A stretch of DNA of 64,000 nt from contig NC_135657.1 in the NCBI RefSeq assembly GCF_964188315.1, positions 68,386,001 through 68,450,000 of the forward strand, written 5' to 3'. Below, piece by piece: positions 26,307 through 39,200 of this stretch. The notes under the pieces were generated by a model. It made no database searches. It saw only the letters and a list, made by a program, of their open reading frames with translations, and was not told the DNA's origin. The position numbers were made by a program, and so were the translations under genes. The DNA comes from Podarcis muralis. Lineage: Eukaryota. Every line of letters begins with the position of its first letter. Positions within the stretch are counted from its first letter, which is position 1.

Positions 26307-29300
26307 GCTTTCGTAGATTTTCACGGGTACAGGAATGCAGGCTTTGGTGTCCTCGGGTATCTTCCCGTGTAAAAGTTGGGGTGTCTAGGCGACGTTTCGA
26401 CGAGGTCTCACTCGTCATCTTCAGGCTGGTGCTTTCGGCTTCTTGTTACTGGAACAGAGCAGGATCTCAGTGTTTGAGTTCCTATAAATACTGTTGAGGA
26501 GGTGTGGCCTCCTATGTTCTGGGCAGAGAGGAAGTTCCCAGGCTAGTGTGCCTTTTCTTCTTTTGTTCCTTAATTGCTTGAGGGATATCTTGAGTGATTT
26601 CTTGAGTGATATCCTGAGTACCACTTAGGTGGGTCATTAGGTGTGGATTAGTTGCTAAAGCCTTTGTGTCTTGACCTCTTGAACTTTGTGAAGAGTTTTT
26701 CTGAGAAGATGGGTGTACTACATTTAGTTGTGCTCTGGCTTGGCTTCGTGTATAGGGGCGAGCTGTGGTTTTGTGGCCTGTGCCAGCCAGATCTGTGTAG
26801 GGATTGCAGGGGGGTGCAGCATCCGGAGGTGCCACCATGGTTTGGCTACTGGATGGTGTCTGTAATTTATCTGTGGAGAGGGTCTGGGTTTGGGTCTGGT
26901 GTGGTTGATTGGTGATGGCGTTCTGTGTGCCTCTGGATCTGGTGTCAGTTTTTGTGGGGAGGGCTAATTTCCAGATGTCTGGCAAGCGGGATGTGTCGTC
27001 ACGCTTGTTCATGTTGTGAGGGTGTTTCTCTATCTCGATGGCTTCCATGATTATTCTCTTGTGGTGATGTTCCATGTTAGAGAGCAATTTGGAATCTGCA
27101 AAATTAATTTCGTGTCCTGTTTCTTTCATGTGTTGGAAGAGAGAGGAAGTTTTTTCTTCTTTTTTGACGGCATTCTTGTGTTCTGCGATACGTGCATTTA
27201 TTCGTCTGTTTGTTTGTCCAATGTACGTGGCTGGGCAGACTTTGCAGGGTATTTCATAGACCCCTTGGTTTTCCAACTGGATTTTATCCTTGGGGTTTCT
27301 GAGGATATTGGCTATTTTTTGGTTGGCGCAAAAGGCTGTTTTGATATTGTGTTTATGGAGGATTTTGCTAATTTTATCTGTAGTGCCCTTGATATAAGGA
27401 AGGAGGGCCATGCCCGTCAAAAAAGAAGAAAAAACTTCCTCTCTCTTCCAACACATGAAAGAAACAGGACACGAAATTAATGGAACATCACCACAAGAGA
27501 ATAATCATGGAAGCCATCGAGATAGAGAAACACCCTCACAACATGAACAAGCGTGACGACACATCCCGCTTGCCAGACATCTGGAAATTAGCCCTCCCCA
27601 CAAAAACTGACACCAGATCCAGAGGCACACAGAACGCCATCACCAATCAACCACACCAGACCCAAACCCAGACCCTCTCCACAGATAAATTACAGACACC
27701 ATCCAGTAGCCAAACCATGGTGGCACCTCCGGATGCTGCACCCCCCTGCAATCCCTACACAGATCTGGCTGGCACAGGCCACAAAACCACAGCTCGCCCC
27801 TATACACGAAGCCAAGCCAGAGCACAACTAAATGTAGTACACCCATCTTCTCAGAAAAACTCTTCACAAAGTTCAAGAGGTCAAGACACAAAGGCTTTAG
27901 CAACTAATCCACACCTAATGACCCACCTAAGTGGTACTCAGGATATCACTCAAGAAATCACTCAAGATATCCCTCAAGCAATTAAGGAACAAAAGAAGAA
28001 AAGGCACACTAGCCTGGGAACTTCCTCTCTGCCCAGAACATAGGAGGCCACACCTCCTCAACAGTATTTATAGGAACTCAAACACTGAGATCCTGCTCTG
28101 TTCCAGTAACAAGAAGCCGAAAGCACCAGCCTGAAGATGACGAGTGAGACCTCGTCGAAACGTCGCCTAGACACCCCAACTTTTACACGGGAAGATACCC
28201 GAGGACACCAAAACCTGCATATATATATGTACCCGTGAAAATCTACGAAAGCATATATATATATATATATATATGCGCCTATGAGCTCTTATGCTCATAT
28301 ATATATGGGGTGAGAGGCAAAAGGAGCTTGGCCCTCATTTCCGAACTCTTTTCATTAATATATACTGTACTCTTGTTTTTCCTTTGCCCATACACAATAT
28401 ATTTAAAGCACGCTAAAACAGTCTGAGTACTGCAGAGTACAGAGTTACAATTTTAAGGCACTGGCAGCTCCAAGCCATCTAGCACTCAAGAGCAGCCACT
28501 ACCAAGGGACTCCCCCAAACTTGGAACTGCCTTCTAGGTATGAGCTTAGCAAGCAAGCGTTTGTTTCCAACAGAAGAATATGCAATGACCTCATCATTTA
28601 CTCTTAATACTTTGCTTTAATGCAGAAAATGGCCAGGAGCTGTATGAATGCCCAATGTGTCACCTTGTTTGTACTGATTACCCAATTCTGCAGGAACATG
28701 TTGAATTACACTTGGAGGAATGCACCTTTTTAGAAGGTAAGGGGAAGATTCCAAAATAGGAAAGACATATTTTGTGTATTGACGAAAGATGTAATGTTTC
28801 ATTCAGGAGAAGCTGGTATTATCCAAATAATGCAAGGTAACATGAAATCATATGACTTGGAACTTCATATATCATGTTAGCATATCGTAAAAAAAGTAGA
28901 AAACAATGCAGTGTATCATCAACAACAACAACACTTTCAGAACTGGTAGCAATTTTGTTTTGTATGTCTCTTTCCTCTAATGCTAGAGACTGTATCTGTA
29001 GAGACACCTAAATAGCATATATCTGTGCCCTGGATGGATAAAAAACTGAATTAAAGAAGACATTTGAGGAGTCGATTAAAAAACAAATCACATATTTTTG
29101 TTTTTTAACATAGCACGGTTAAATCTGAATACAAGCATAAGCAACTTCTTAAAAGCTGAATCAGTGGCTTCCAATCAAATGTAATGAGTTAAGGCTGCCT
29201 TAAAAGAAAAAACTGTTTTGGTACTGGGAACCAAGGAGTGGCCAGTAACAACAGGCACAGAGATCAAGGCCCTGGATCTACAATAGTGTTTGTATTTCAT

Positions 29301-32300
29301 TGAGAGGATTACCCCCTAAGCCCATTTTGGTGGACTCTGCAACTTGACCAAATTATCAATATTTCCTCTCCCTAAGCAAACAATAACAATTTACCTTTCA
29401 TCATAGCAAAATAAATTGCTCTACCAAGAAATTAATTTACTGGTCCTCGCTTCTCAAAAATGCTGGGTCCTTAGCTAAACAAACAGGTACAAATGGGCTG
29501 CAATGAGCAAAATTTCCGGAGCATTAGCTACTATGCATTTGTGGGCTCAGGATGGGTGTGGAGCAAGGCATTACAGATATGCTGTGTAGAGGAAATGAAA
29601 CAGAAAGCAGCAAGGTTAGACAGACATATATTTTGTTCATTTACAGCTAAATAGAGCATTCATATTAAAGTGTTTAACTAATTTGTATGTATCATTATAT
29701 CTGAACTACAAGTGAGAAGCTGGGTTTAAATCTGTGATCTAGGTAACTATGAATGGTATTAATACATTCTGCCTAGGAATGTAGGTAATTGAAGTTGAAA
29801 TTCTGTACACTCATTGCTAGACGTCAGCCCAATATAAGCACAACGGGACTTAGCTTCTCAGTAAATGGACATAGGATTGTGCTGCAAATTTAAAACATAC
29901 AGGTTATTGATAAAAACCTGGCATTTTCAGAAATATTCAACATCATCAAATATGGCAGGTCTTCTATGGCAAACGTAATGTACAACATAACCAATTGTTA
30001 TGTGGCTGTAGCTTTGAAATATTCATTAGACTTTTATTTTATATAATATTGCATGACAGTGGAAAGAAACTTGACTGACCTAGAATTGGCACAGCATCTC
30101 CAGAATGAGGAAGACAGGCAAAGAAGAGCAGCAGCAGCAAAACAAGAAAGAGAAGATTTCCAAAAGCTACAGGTGTGGTATCGGTGTTCCAGTTGCAATG
30201 TACTTTGGTATAGCTTGTAAATATATGGAGTGTTTTGTAAATGTGTGATACATTTACCGTATTTTTCGCCCTATAGGACGCACCGGCCCATAGGACGCAC
30301 CTAGTTTTTTTTTGGGGGGGGGGGGGAAATAAAGAAAAAAAATTATTCCCCCCCATGCGCGGGGCTGGGGCGGGGGAAGCCCGAGCTTCCCCCGACCCCA
30401 GCCCCCAGAACAGGATGCTATCCGCAAGTCTTCCCCCACCAGCCCCGACAAACTCTGGGAGTATTCCCCACCTCCTGCAGAAGCCGCCACTCTTTAAAGC
30501 TTGGGGATGGCTGTGCACAAAGGAAGGCTGTTCCCAAGCCAGAACAGCGAGAAGGAGGGCTCCGTCTCGCTCTTCTAGCTTGGGGACGGCTGCGCGCAAA
30601 GCCTCTCCAGGGCAGCGGGGTGCCTTCACCCCGCTGTCCTGAAGAGGCTAGCAAGGCTGTTCCCAAGCCAGAACAGCGAGACGGAGGGCTCCGTCTCGCT
30701 CTTCTAGCTTGGGGATGGCTGCGCGCAAAGGCAGGCTGTTCCCAAGCCAGAGCAGCGAGACGAAGGGCTCCGTCTCGCTCTTTAGCTTGGGGACGGCTGC
30801 GCGCAAAGCCTCTTCAGGGCAGCGGGGTGCCTTCACCCCCCTGTCCTGCAGAGGCTAACAAGGCTGTTCCCAAGCCAGAATTCCCCCACCTCCCGCAAAA
30901 CCGGCAGAAGCCGTGTGCTCTTTAAAAGGCATGCACGGCTTCTTCTGGCTTTCCTGGGAGGTGGGGGGATTCCCTCACCTCTCGCAAAAGCCTGCAGAAG
31001 CCGCGCAACCCCTTTAAAGAGTGTGTGGCTTCTCCTGGCTTTTCTGGGAGGTGGGGGCTGCACGGCTTCTATTGGCTTTTCTAGGAGATGGGTGAATTCC
31101 CCCACCTCCCTGAATAGCCCGCAGGCTGCCATCCGCAAACTCTGGGAGCCCAAGGGAAGTCGCGCTGGGCTCCCAAGGCGTGCGGATAGCTTCCTGAAGC
31201 CTGCATTCGCCCCATAGGACGCACACACATTTCCCCTTCATACGGTAAGTATTTATTTTGTGCACAAAGAATTAATGTTTATCGAGCAGAGAGCCTAATG
31301 CCTTTGGTCAGGATGCATTTTATAAGCTAGGTCAGAGGTTCCCAAACTTTAAAAGGAAAACTATAGAGACAAGTGTGCAGAGACTTCCAGCGTTCAGAGG
31401 TTACAAGTAGAAATGTGAGTAATTTCTCTTCTGAGAATTCATCACAAAGAATGACTCTGTAGATAATTGGCTGTTTCTTATTAATTATCATGGAATCTCG
31501 TGCCTAGGTTTTTCAAGCTGTACTACCCTAGTTCAGAAGCAGTACAAATTGTAATATCTATTCTTATTTCTTTACAGAAAAACCATAAAGTGTGTAAGTG
31601 TGTGTGTGTGTAGATATATGTAACATATATATAATTTATTAAGTTTATTAGTCACTTGTTCTCAAAAAGGTCCCCAATGACATTGAAAAATATATACATA
31701 AATACATCATACCACTGAAAAAGGGTATTCTGGTTGTAGTTACTAGAGGTTACACTTAACTCTTAAATGGGCAGCTTCGTGTTCTGAATCAACTTCCATG
31801 GTTCTCTTGCATTCTCTCCTCTGTGCAAGGTTGAAGCAGGATTGCATGCGCTAACAATTCTTCTTTCTCCAGGAACTGCTAAGGCTTTTTATTGCTTAAA
31901 AGTATAATATATCCTTAACAGAGGCAATACGGCTTGGATGGCTCAGGAGGATATAAGCAGCAATCACTAAAAAATATGGAAAAGGAAGTGGCTTTTGGGA
32001 GAATGACCCCATCTGACTATCACAGGAGAAAAGCTGACATGATGGAATCTCTGGCTTTCGGTATTGATGATGGAAAGACAAAGACTTCGGGTGAGTAATT
32101 AAAAATGTGTGAGTTTCTTCAAAGGTCTGACTGAGGTGTCTAAAAATCATTTAGCCAAAAGCCATTGTTCAATAAGTGTGCTGCAGATTGCAAAATAATT
32201 TTTTTCTGCCTGCAGAGAGAGAGACCTTTAGACAGGAGCTAAGAATGGCGATTCCTACAATCCATATTAAAGATAATGGCTCTCAGGTAGATTTAAAGTC

Positions 32301-35300
32301 ACGATTCAAAAATAGGTTATAAATTGTCTAAATTTTTTATCCAAATACCATGACAAATTTCAAAGTAGAGAACTGGCAGTCATCATGGTTTTTGCCAACC
32401 TTCACAAATAGTAACAGGAAACATACTGCAGTTCTCTGGTGTATATGGTAGGCTTGCTATCTAGCTAAGGGTGAATGATTTCATAAAACTTTCTCAGTAA
32501 TTATGACCAAATGCTGTCTTGTTTCTGCTTGGTTCACAGTATCTTAATATATTACACCTAGTCTCCTGTAATGATTTGACACCTTCATTAAGGAAACATT
32601 CTGCTTAAATAAAGCTGTACAGTGGTGGTGACTGGCTGTTTGCCTTGTCAGCCCTTCATGCTTGCAACTTCCTTGTCTGACAGCACAGTGGTGATCACAG
32701 GTTTCACATATTATATCTTTACTCTTGGCTTCAGGCAGTTCTTCTTGCGTGACTACTTTGGCACTCTTGTGGTTTTTGCCAGATTTTTCACCTTTTAACT
32801 ATTGTTTTAGCTTCAAAATTGAGATAATCATTAAATTCACTCGTGCTGTGTGTCACTTAATTTGCACTCTTAGTTGCATGTGCCTTAGTCTCTCTCCATT
32901 CACCTTAAGGCCTTGGACAGCTTGCCAAACACAGGAGAGTAAATCTATAGCTGAGGAACAGGCTTGGAGCCATGTCTTCTGTCAGCATGTTAAACTATTC
33001 ACTACTTGTTCCCTGCTCTTTGTACAGTTATGTAGAATTCGGCAGTCATTATTATTACTTTTTTCATACTGGTTGCATCTTGCAAATTGTGTGACTGTTG
33101 TTGAAGTATCATCAGTAAATAGACTTGCATAAACTTAAGTCTCTTTCTCTCCCTATCTCCCCTTTTTTAAATCAGGAATTACTGAAGTACTGTGCCAGTA
33201 CTATCAGAATGAATGTAAAGACATAAAGCGTGTATGGCTTTCTACAGGAGTAGATCACTTCCATTGTTCTTTAGGAGACAGAGGTTGGGGCTGCGGTTAT
33301 AGGAACTTCCAAATGCTTCTTTCTTCCCTCTTGAGGAACAGTACCTATGAAGAGTGCTTGAAAGGTGGGTATTTTTGCATGGAATTGTGCTGCCAGTGGC
33401 ACATTTGCCAGCCTGAGCGCTTGCTAAAAATGTGTTCCTATGCTGGCGTATATTACAATATCTGTAACATATAGGTTAAAAATTGCTGGATACAAGAACA
33501 GTTTTTTTCAATTTTATAGATTGAAAATGAGCCTGCAGAATATGAACCTTTTCCTGTCCAGATCATACCTTCCTTAGGTCTTACTCGGGCTCAAGTTGAG
33601 GGGAAGTCCTTCCCACTGATGTCATTTTTTGCTGGAAATCTTTTATGTCAAACAAGAGGAAGTAATTCCCCGACAGTAAAGGCCGTCCCACTTCAGGACA
33701 CTTAGAAATCTATTGTAACTTTGCTTTTGCCTTTTCATAGCTGCAACTTGAATGTTGTCCTGTTGTTGTTGTTGTTTTAGATAATTCATCAATTCCATGC
33801 ATTCCAAAAATTCAGTCATTGATTGAAGATGCTTGGAAAGAAGGCTTTGACCCACAAGGAGCTTCTCACTTCAACAGCAGATTACATGGAACTAAGGCAT
33901 GGATAGGAGCATGTGAAATTTATTCACTCTTAACTTCTCTCAGGATAAAGTAAGTGCTGCTATTAAAGAAAGTAAAAAGGTTTTAGTTCTAAGCACATGA
34001 CACCAATTATGAGAGTGATTTTATGTGAATATCACAGAAATTCAAGTTCGAACTGGTCCTATGTAGAGATGGCATTTCCAGGAGAATAAGAACATGAAAT
34101 ACTTAAGGGAAAAATTGTGCTGGCAATTGGTCAATCAGTTGCCTAGGACCTTCCTCCTTGCATCTTTCCTTGCAACTCTCTTTTTAAAAGAAGATTGCTA
34201 CTTCCAAAGTTCTTCCAAGTATAAATGGTGCAAAGTTATTGCTTGCTATAGCATGCTTTCATTTCAATGGCTTAAGTTTCATACCAAGACAAAGTATAAG
34301 CTGTATATTTATTTATAAAATATATATCCCGTTCATTAGTGTTTCAAATCAGGGCAAGTAACAATTAGGTAGTAAAAAAAGAAGAAAAAAGCCACCCAGA
34401 TTAACATTGCAGGAAGGGTTTTTTTTTAAGTATCAAGTAAAAGATCATTCTCACACTAGGGGGAGCTATGTACTTGAAGGAATATGTGCTACTACAAACT
34501 CACAAATGTGACCATTGTTCTTACTGCGGAGACTAAAGAATTATAACAGTGGTAGAACTTGGTGACTAATGCACTAAACAAAAGATGCTATCTGACATTG
34601 TAAACTAACAGTTTATAAAGGCTTCATTTAAACTGCCTTATAGGTGTCAGGTCATTGATTTTCACCAGCCAACAGGCCCTGCAGGAACACATCCTCGTTT
34701 GTTGGAGTGGGTTTTCAACTATTACTCGGCAGACAAGGAAAACAGTGCAAAGGTTGTGTGTACTCCCAAGCCACCAATCTACCTTCAGCACCAAGGTCAG
34801 CGAAACTTTCCACTTCTCTCTTTTCTAAACGTGAAGCTGTGTTACTCATGTATTACTGGTGTCCCCATGTCCAGTTTTTTGTTTTATGAATTATGCTTCC
34901 TGGAAGAGCAGCGGAATGTCTTCTTAACTGTAATTCTCAAATATAATTGTATTATTTATTTCATAAAATTTATACACTGCTCAGTTGTAAAAACAAAAAC
35001 AAAAAACCTCCTCAAAGTAGTTTACAAAAGATTGTAATTGTAGACCACAAGCTTAACATGAGTCAACAGTGTGATGTAGCAGGGGTGGAAAAAAAGCAAA
35101 TTCTATTCTATGCTGTATCAACAAAATTATAGTGTCCCAATCAAGGGAAATCATAGTAGTTCTTTATTCTGCCTTGGTCAGACCACACCTGGAGTACAGG
35201 AGTCTGGAAACCAAGCTTTATGAGGAACAGTTGAGGGAGTTGAGTTGTTTAGCCCGGATCAGGGGAGACTGAAAGGAGATACGATAGCCATCTTCAAATA

Positions 35301-36220
35301 TTTAAAGGGCTGCCACATGGAGGATGGAGCAAGTTTGTTTTCTCCTGCTCTGGAGGCTATAGTAGCCTGAACCAATGGATTCAAATTACAAGAAAGGAGA
35401 TTCCAACTAAACACCAGAAATAACTTTCTGATACTAAAAGCTGTTTGACAGTGGAACTATCTCCCACGAGAGGTGGTGGACTCTCCTTACTTGGAGATTT
35501 TAGGCAGAGGTTGGATGGCCATTTGTCATGTATGTTGTAGTTGAGATTCATGCATTGCAGGGGGTTAGACTAGTGGGGTTGTGGTTTTTTTTTATATTAA
35601 CAGATTTGAGGGGATGGTCTGTGTTATGAGCTGCTTTGAAAGTCAGAGAGAAAATGGTAGATTTTTAAAATAAAACTTACCTGAAAAAGACATTTATACA
35701 AGTAATTTGTTTTTATAACAATTACAAACATCTGTATTGCAATTCTGTACAGCAGTTTGGGGTTTTGCTTAAGGGGTTTGTAGACGGTGTGTTAGCAGTA
35801 ATGTATACTTGATGGGTGTGTTTTGGTGTGTGTGTTTTTTTAAAAAAAATAGGTCATAGTCGTACTATTATTGGAATAGAAGAAAGGAAAAACAAAACTG
35901 TGTGCCTACTGATGTTCGATCCAGGTTGCCCCTCACAAGAGATGCAAAAACTCTTAAAAGGCATAGATGGGAACAGTCTCAGATTGCTTCGAAGATTTGT
36001 GGGCAGCTTAAAACATAAACAGTATCAGCTTGTGGCCATAGACGGTGTACTGTCAGCGGAGGAAAAAGTTGTGAGTATTTCAGATAAGAGCCCATCTGAT
36101 TAAATATCTTAGTGATCTACTGTGGTGTAAGTAAAAGTGGCAACGCTAACTCTTGTTTGTCTCTCACTTAAGACTCGTAGGCAGGCTTCTCAGCGCTTCG
36201 TGGCTCAGCGGATTTCTTGA
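25900..36220 (+). CDS. ZUP1: ZUP1/ZUFSP K63-specific deubiquitinase, predicted 421 aa
   Basis: Exons: 25900-25996 (inferred start exon, lower confidence), 28626-28736 (ZnF4/UBZ, YECPMC...HVELH), 30060-30172 (DLELAQHLQNEEDRQRR), 31922-32090, 33176-33364 (catalytic GWGCGYRN), 33781-33949, 34644-34795 (YLQHQG), 35853-36070 (HSRTIIG...FDP), 36173-36220 (TGA). Phases compatible, total 1266 nt. AATAAA at 36321. Confidence 0.88.
26383..26432 (-). ncRNA. Mirror copy of the hammerhead ribozyme motif
   Basis: Reverse complement of 28123-28172 (tcttcag at 26418-26424). Confidence 0.62.
28123..28172 (+). ncRNA. Minimal type I hammerhead ribozyme motif (Penelope-associated), host-sense copy
   Basis: CTGAAGA (28131-28137), extra T, perfect 6-bp stem II gacgag/ctcgtc with a tgagac loop, GAAA (28157-28160), then CGTC as putative GUC cleavage triplet. 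Stem I pairing is weak by eye. Confidence 0.65.
30257..31245. mobile_element. Mariner-type non-autonomous element with internal GC-rich minisatellite, in ZUP1 intron
   Basis: TA|ccgtatttttcgccctataggacgcac ... tacgg|TA. Tandem units beginning aaggctgttcccaagccag at ~30523-30880. Right TIR partly deleted relative to the 44.3 kb copy. Confidence 0.8.
35041..35572 (+). mobile_element. CR1 LINE 3' fragment
   Basis: Homologous to 2385-3250 (ctgccttggtcagaccacacctggagtac..., ggattcaaattacaagaaaggagattcc). Confidence 0.75.
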
Positions 36221-39200
36221 AATTAGGAATCCTGAAGAATATCAAGGAAGCTGCAGGAGAGATTCTGGTGCATTCACACAGGTTCTTGAACAATGTACAT
36301 AAAACTTTTTAAGACTTAAAAATAAACGTTGGGGGGAAATGACTTGTTGGCATGTGATTTGTTGTATCAGATTGAGGAAAGGTGCAATCCTAAATTACCA
36401 AGTCATTATAGCAAACTGTTTTTAAATATGTATGACAGGCAACAATACTGTGCTGCTCTTTTCAGTGTTTCAGAGGAAAAAAATATTTATGTGCTAATAC
36501 AGAACCAGCCAAAGTCTGCCACATACTACAGTATCTTATAGTACTTGACATATTCTAAAATGGCTAACTCAGCCCTTATACTAGAGGGGGTGCAGCAGGA
36601 AGTCCTCAAAGGGAATAAAAGAAAGAATGAATGAAATTTCTGGCTTAGTGGGATCTGTTACAACAGAAAGTTTACTTTGGCTTGAATTACAGTTGCCCCA
36701 CTTCCCTTAAATGTACATTTTACCTCTGGTATTATAGGATCCTGTAAGTAGCTAGGCAAGCAGAGTAAGACTATCAAGGACTATCACAGTGCAGCTGAAA
36801 AGTTGGTGTCAACATGTTGATGCAGCCAATATTCCTACAACTCCTCAACTCACTTGACTGCACAGTGTGTTTAGTTTTCCAAGCCACTTCAGGCAAGAAC
36901 AGAAAGTACAGGGATTTAACAGCCAGGCTACAAGTTGCATTTAGTATTCCTTTAAAAAGATCTGAAGTACTTTTCTTTGGAATGTTTAACCAAGCTGCGT
37001 ATGTCTGACATAGACATTCTATTAAAATAATTGCAGCATAATCTAGCATCCCACTCAAGACTGCCTAGAGCTTGTATTACTGGTCTGGGTGGAATTGTTC
37101 AGGATTGCATCTCTAATTATAATGTAATTCAAGTAAACTCTTGAGAACATCTTGTCAACTGCAGGTTTAGGCTGCAATAAAGCCATAATTAAATGGGAAG
37201 AATCTACAGGAGATTAAGTAATGCCTCCTTAGCTACCTTTGGAGCAGGAAGAAGCAACCTGTGATTATGAAGATGTTGATGAACTACAACTTCCCTAAAT
37301 CACTGGTCATGCTGGCTGAAGTTGATGGGACAACAGCTGGAGGCCCATGACTTCCCATCTGTGTCTTAAAATGTTTTATTGTTTGCACGTGCTGGTTAAC
37401 ACATGTGCCTATAAGCATTTAGGCTGTACCGCTTGAGCCTTTTGTATCCCAGCTGTCTGTACTTAATTTACCAGATTTATTATTTGATGGACACTGCTCA
37501 ACATGCAACCCCTCTCCTCTCTTCCTTCTCTTGAGGGAGACAGCAACAGCATGGCAGTGCTAGAAGACCCAAGGCTGGCTTAAGCTTGCTTGTCACCATC
37601 CCTCTGCATTTTCCAAGTCAGCTGCTGTTTTAAGTGCTAATACAAATGAGCTTCCAAGCGGGTGATGATGCCAGGCATGAATTACACAACTTCCAACAGT
37701 GATTGGTATAGAGTGTTGCACAGCAAAACACTGGAAGCAAATGTTCAGAAACTGGCCAATTGGGTAAAGCCACCTCTGTAGGGTACATGTAGCATCATTG
37801 TGAAGCATTAACCAGCTCGGCAGTTGGTAAGGGATAGTTTTATCCCTTACCACTACAGTCACTTGCTTTCTTCCCAAAACTGACAGTTTGAGGTCAGTGC
37901 CTTGGCAGGCCAAGCAAGGGGGATTGTGAAAGGAGATTTATATTAACTGGTTTTATCAGTATTGGTTCTCTAGATGGGATACAAATGTCATAACATTTTT
38001 TGCTGATGCAGTTATTACAAAACCAAACCTGGATGTAGACCAGCTATTGTTGGAACCAGTTTCTCAGTATCAAATTAGAGGTAAAGGGAGAGTCCACAGC
38101 AGCTGTGTCATGTCTACTATTTAACTGAAACTTTTATCATTTTCAAAAGTAGTTGGTATTGGAGAGATTAGATGTAACTTACTTTTATTATTGCAAACAT
38201 ATCACCAACCGAAAAACAAAGGGTGGGGGAGAGCAGAGGGCACACACAATCTAGATAAAGAAAGGTGAGTGGGAAAGGTTTTGTTTCTCATCACTATTAA
38301 AATGACTTCTACCTGAAGTTGCTTTTATTTTTTTCTAACGGGGGAGTTTCCCCAACAAACTCACCTCTCTGTTCCTTCGTCTCTTAAAGTAACACAGCAG
38401 ACCCTCAAAAGTCTGAGGCAGAAAAATGCTGATATACCTTAGCCCCTTTCCTATGAAAAGCAAAGAGCAGAACTGAGGTGGAGTAAGGGTATGACAAAAG
38501 TGGGAGGAATCTCTTTGTATTTGCAGGGCTGGAATATGTCCCTCAACTCTGATAATGTGCTCATGCTTGTCTGGATGGATGGAGGAGATAGGAGTATGTT
38601 TGTGTGTAAAAGGCAAAAATTAACATCCAAGTTAAATTTATATTGGCTGCTTTGCCCACCTTTGCCTGTTGCCCTCAGAAAGTTGTCCGAAAGAGAATGT
38701 GGCCCACTGGATGAAAAAGATTCCTCACCTCTAGTTAAGAATGCCTCACCTGTCTGTTCCAGAGTACATCTTTTTTCTCAAGAAGCCTAGGTATGCCTTT
38801 TTAGAATTTCACACATCTTTTGAAATGAAGCTTAAGACATTGCAAAGGGTTTTTTAACCCATACCAATACATTTATTAGAGCAAAACATAGGGTGCCTAG
38901 GGTGTGTACTCTCTGGATTACCTGAGCAGTTTGTGCATTTTCCCAGAGCGCAAAACTATCCTCCCTTCCTGCAGTGGGATGATCTTCCAGATCTAAAACA
39001 GTGCTTGCTCTTCAATAAAGATGCAGTGATATCACCAGGCCCCGTGTAGAAAATTTAGGGGCGGGCAGGAATGGTGCGTTTCACAGGGGCAAAAAATGGG
39101 AGCAAAGTATTGCCAGCTATGACAAAGTCTCTCAGAGCAAATGCATTTAATTGCAGAGTAGCTTCTTTAAGCTACTTCTGTCACATCCAAAATACAGGAA

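Larger units (their letters stand above)
26305..28254. mobile_element. Penelope-like element (GIY-YIG), 5'-truncated, arranged as a head-to-head inverted duplication
   Basis: ORF 26512..27456(-) contains the GIY-YIG endonuclease (VYEIPCKVCPATYIGQT...RIAEH...EAIEI). The ORF track shows identical mirrored ORFs (26652..26915+ = 27640..27903-; 26421..26624- = 27931..28134+). Flanked by (TA)n on both sides. Confidence 0.92.

Noticed and set aside
28458-28537. AG...GT-bounded 80-nt candidate extra ZUP1 exon
   Set aside because: The frame that would join the ZnF4 exon contains TAG, and there is no similarity to ZnF1-3.
30523-30880. Regularly spaced repeats with hairpins, superficially CRISPR-like
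   Set aside because: Vertebrate DNA; the units are a minisatellite inside a DNA transposon, without unique spacers or cas genes.
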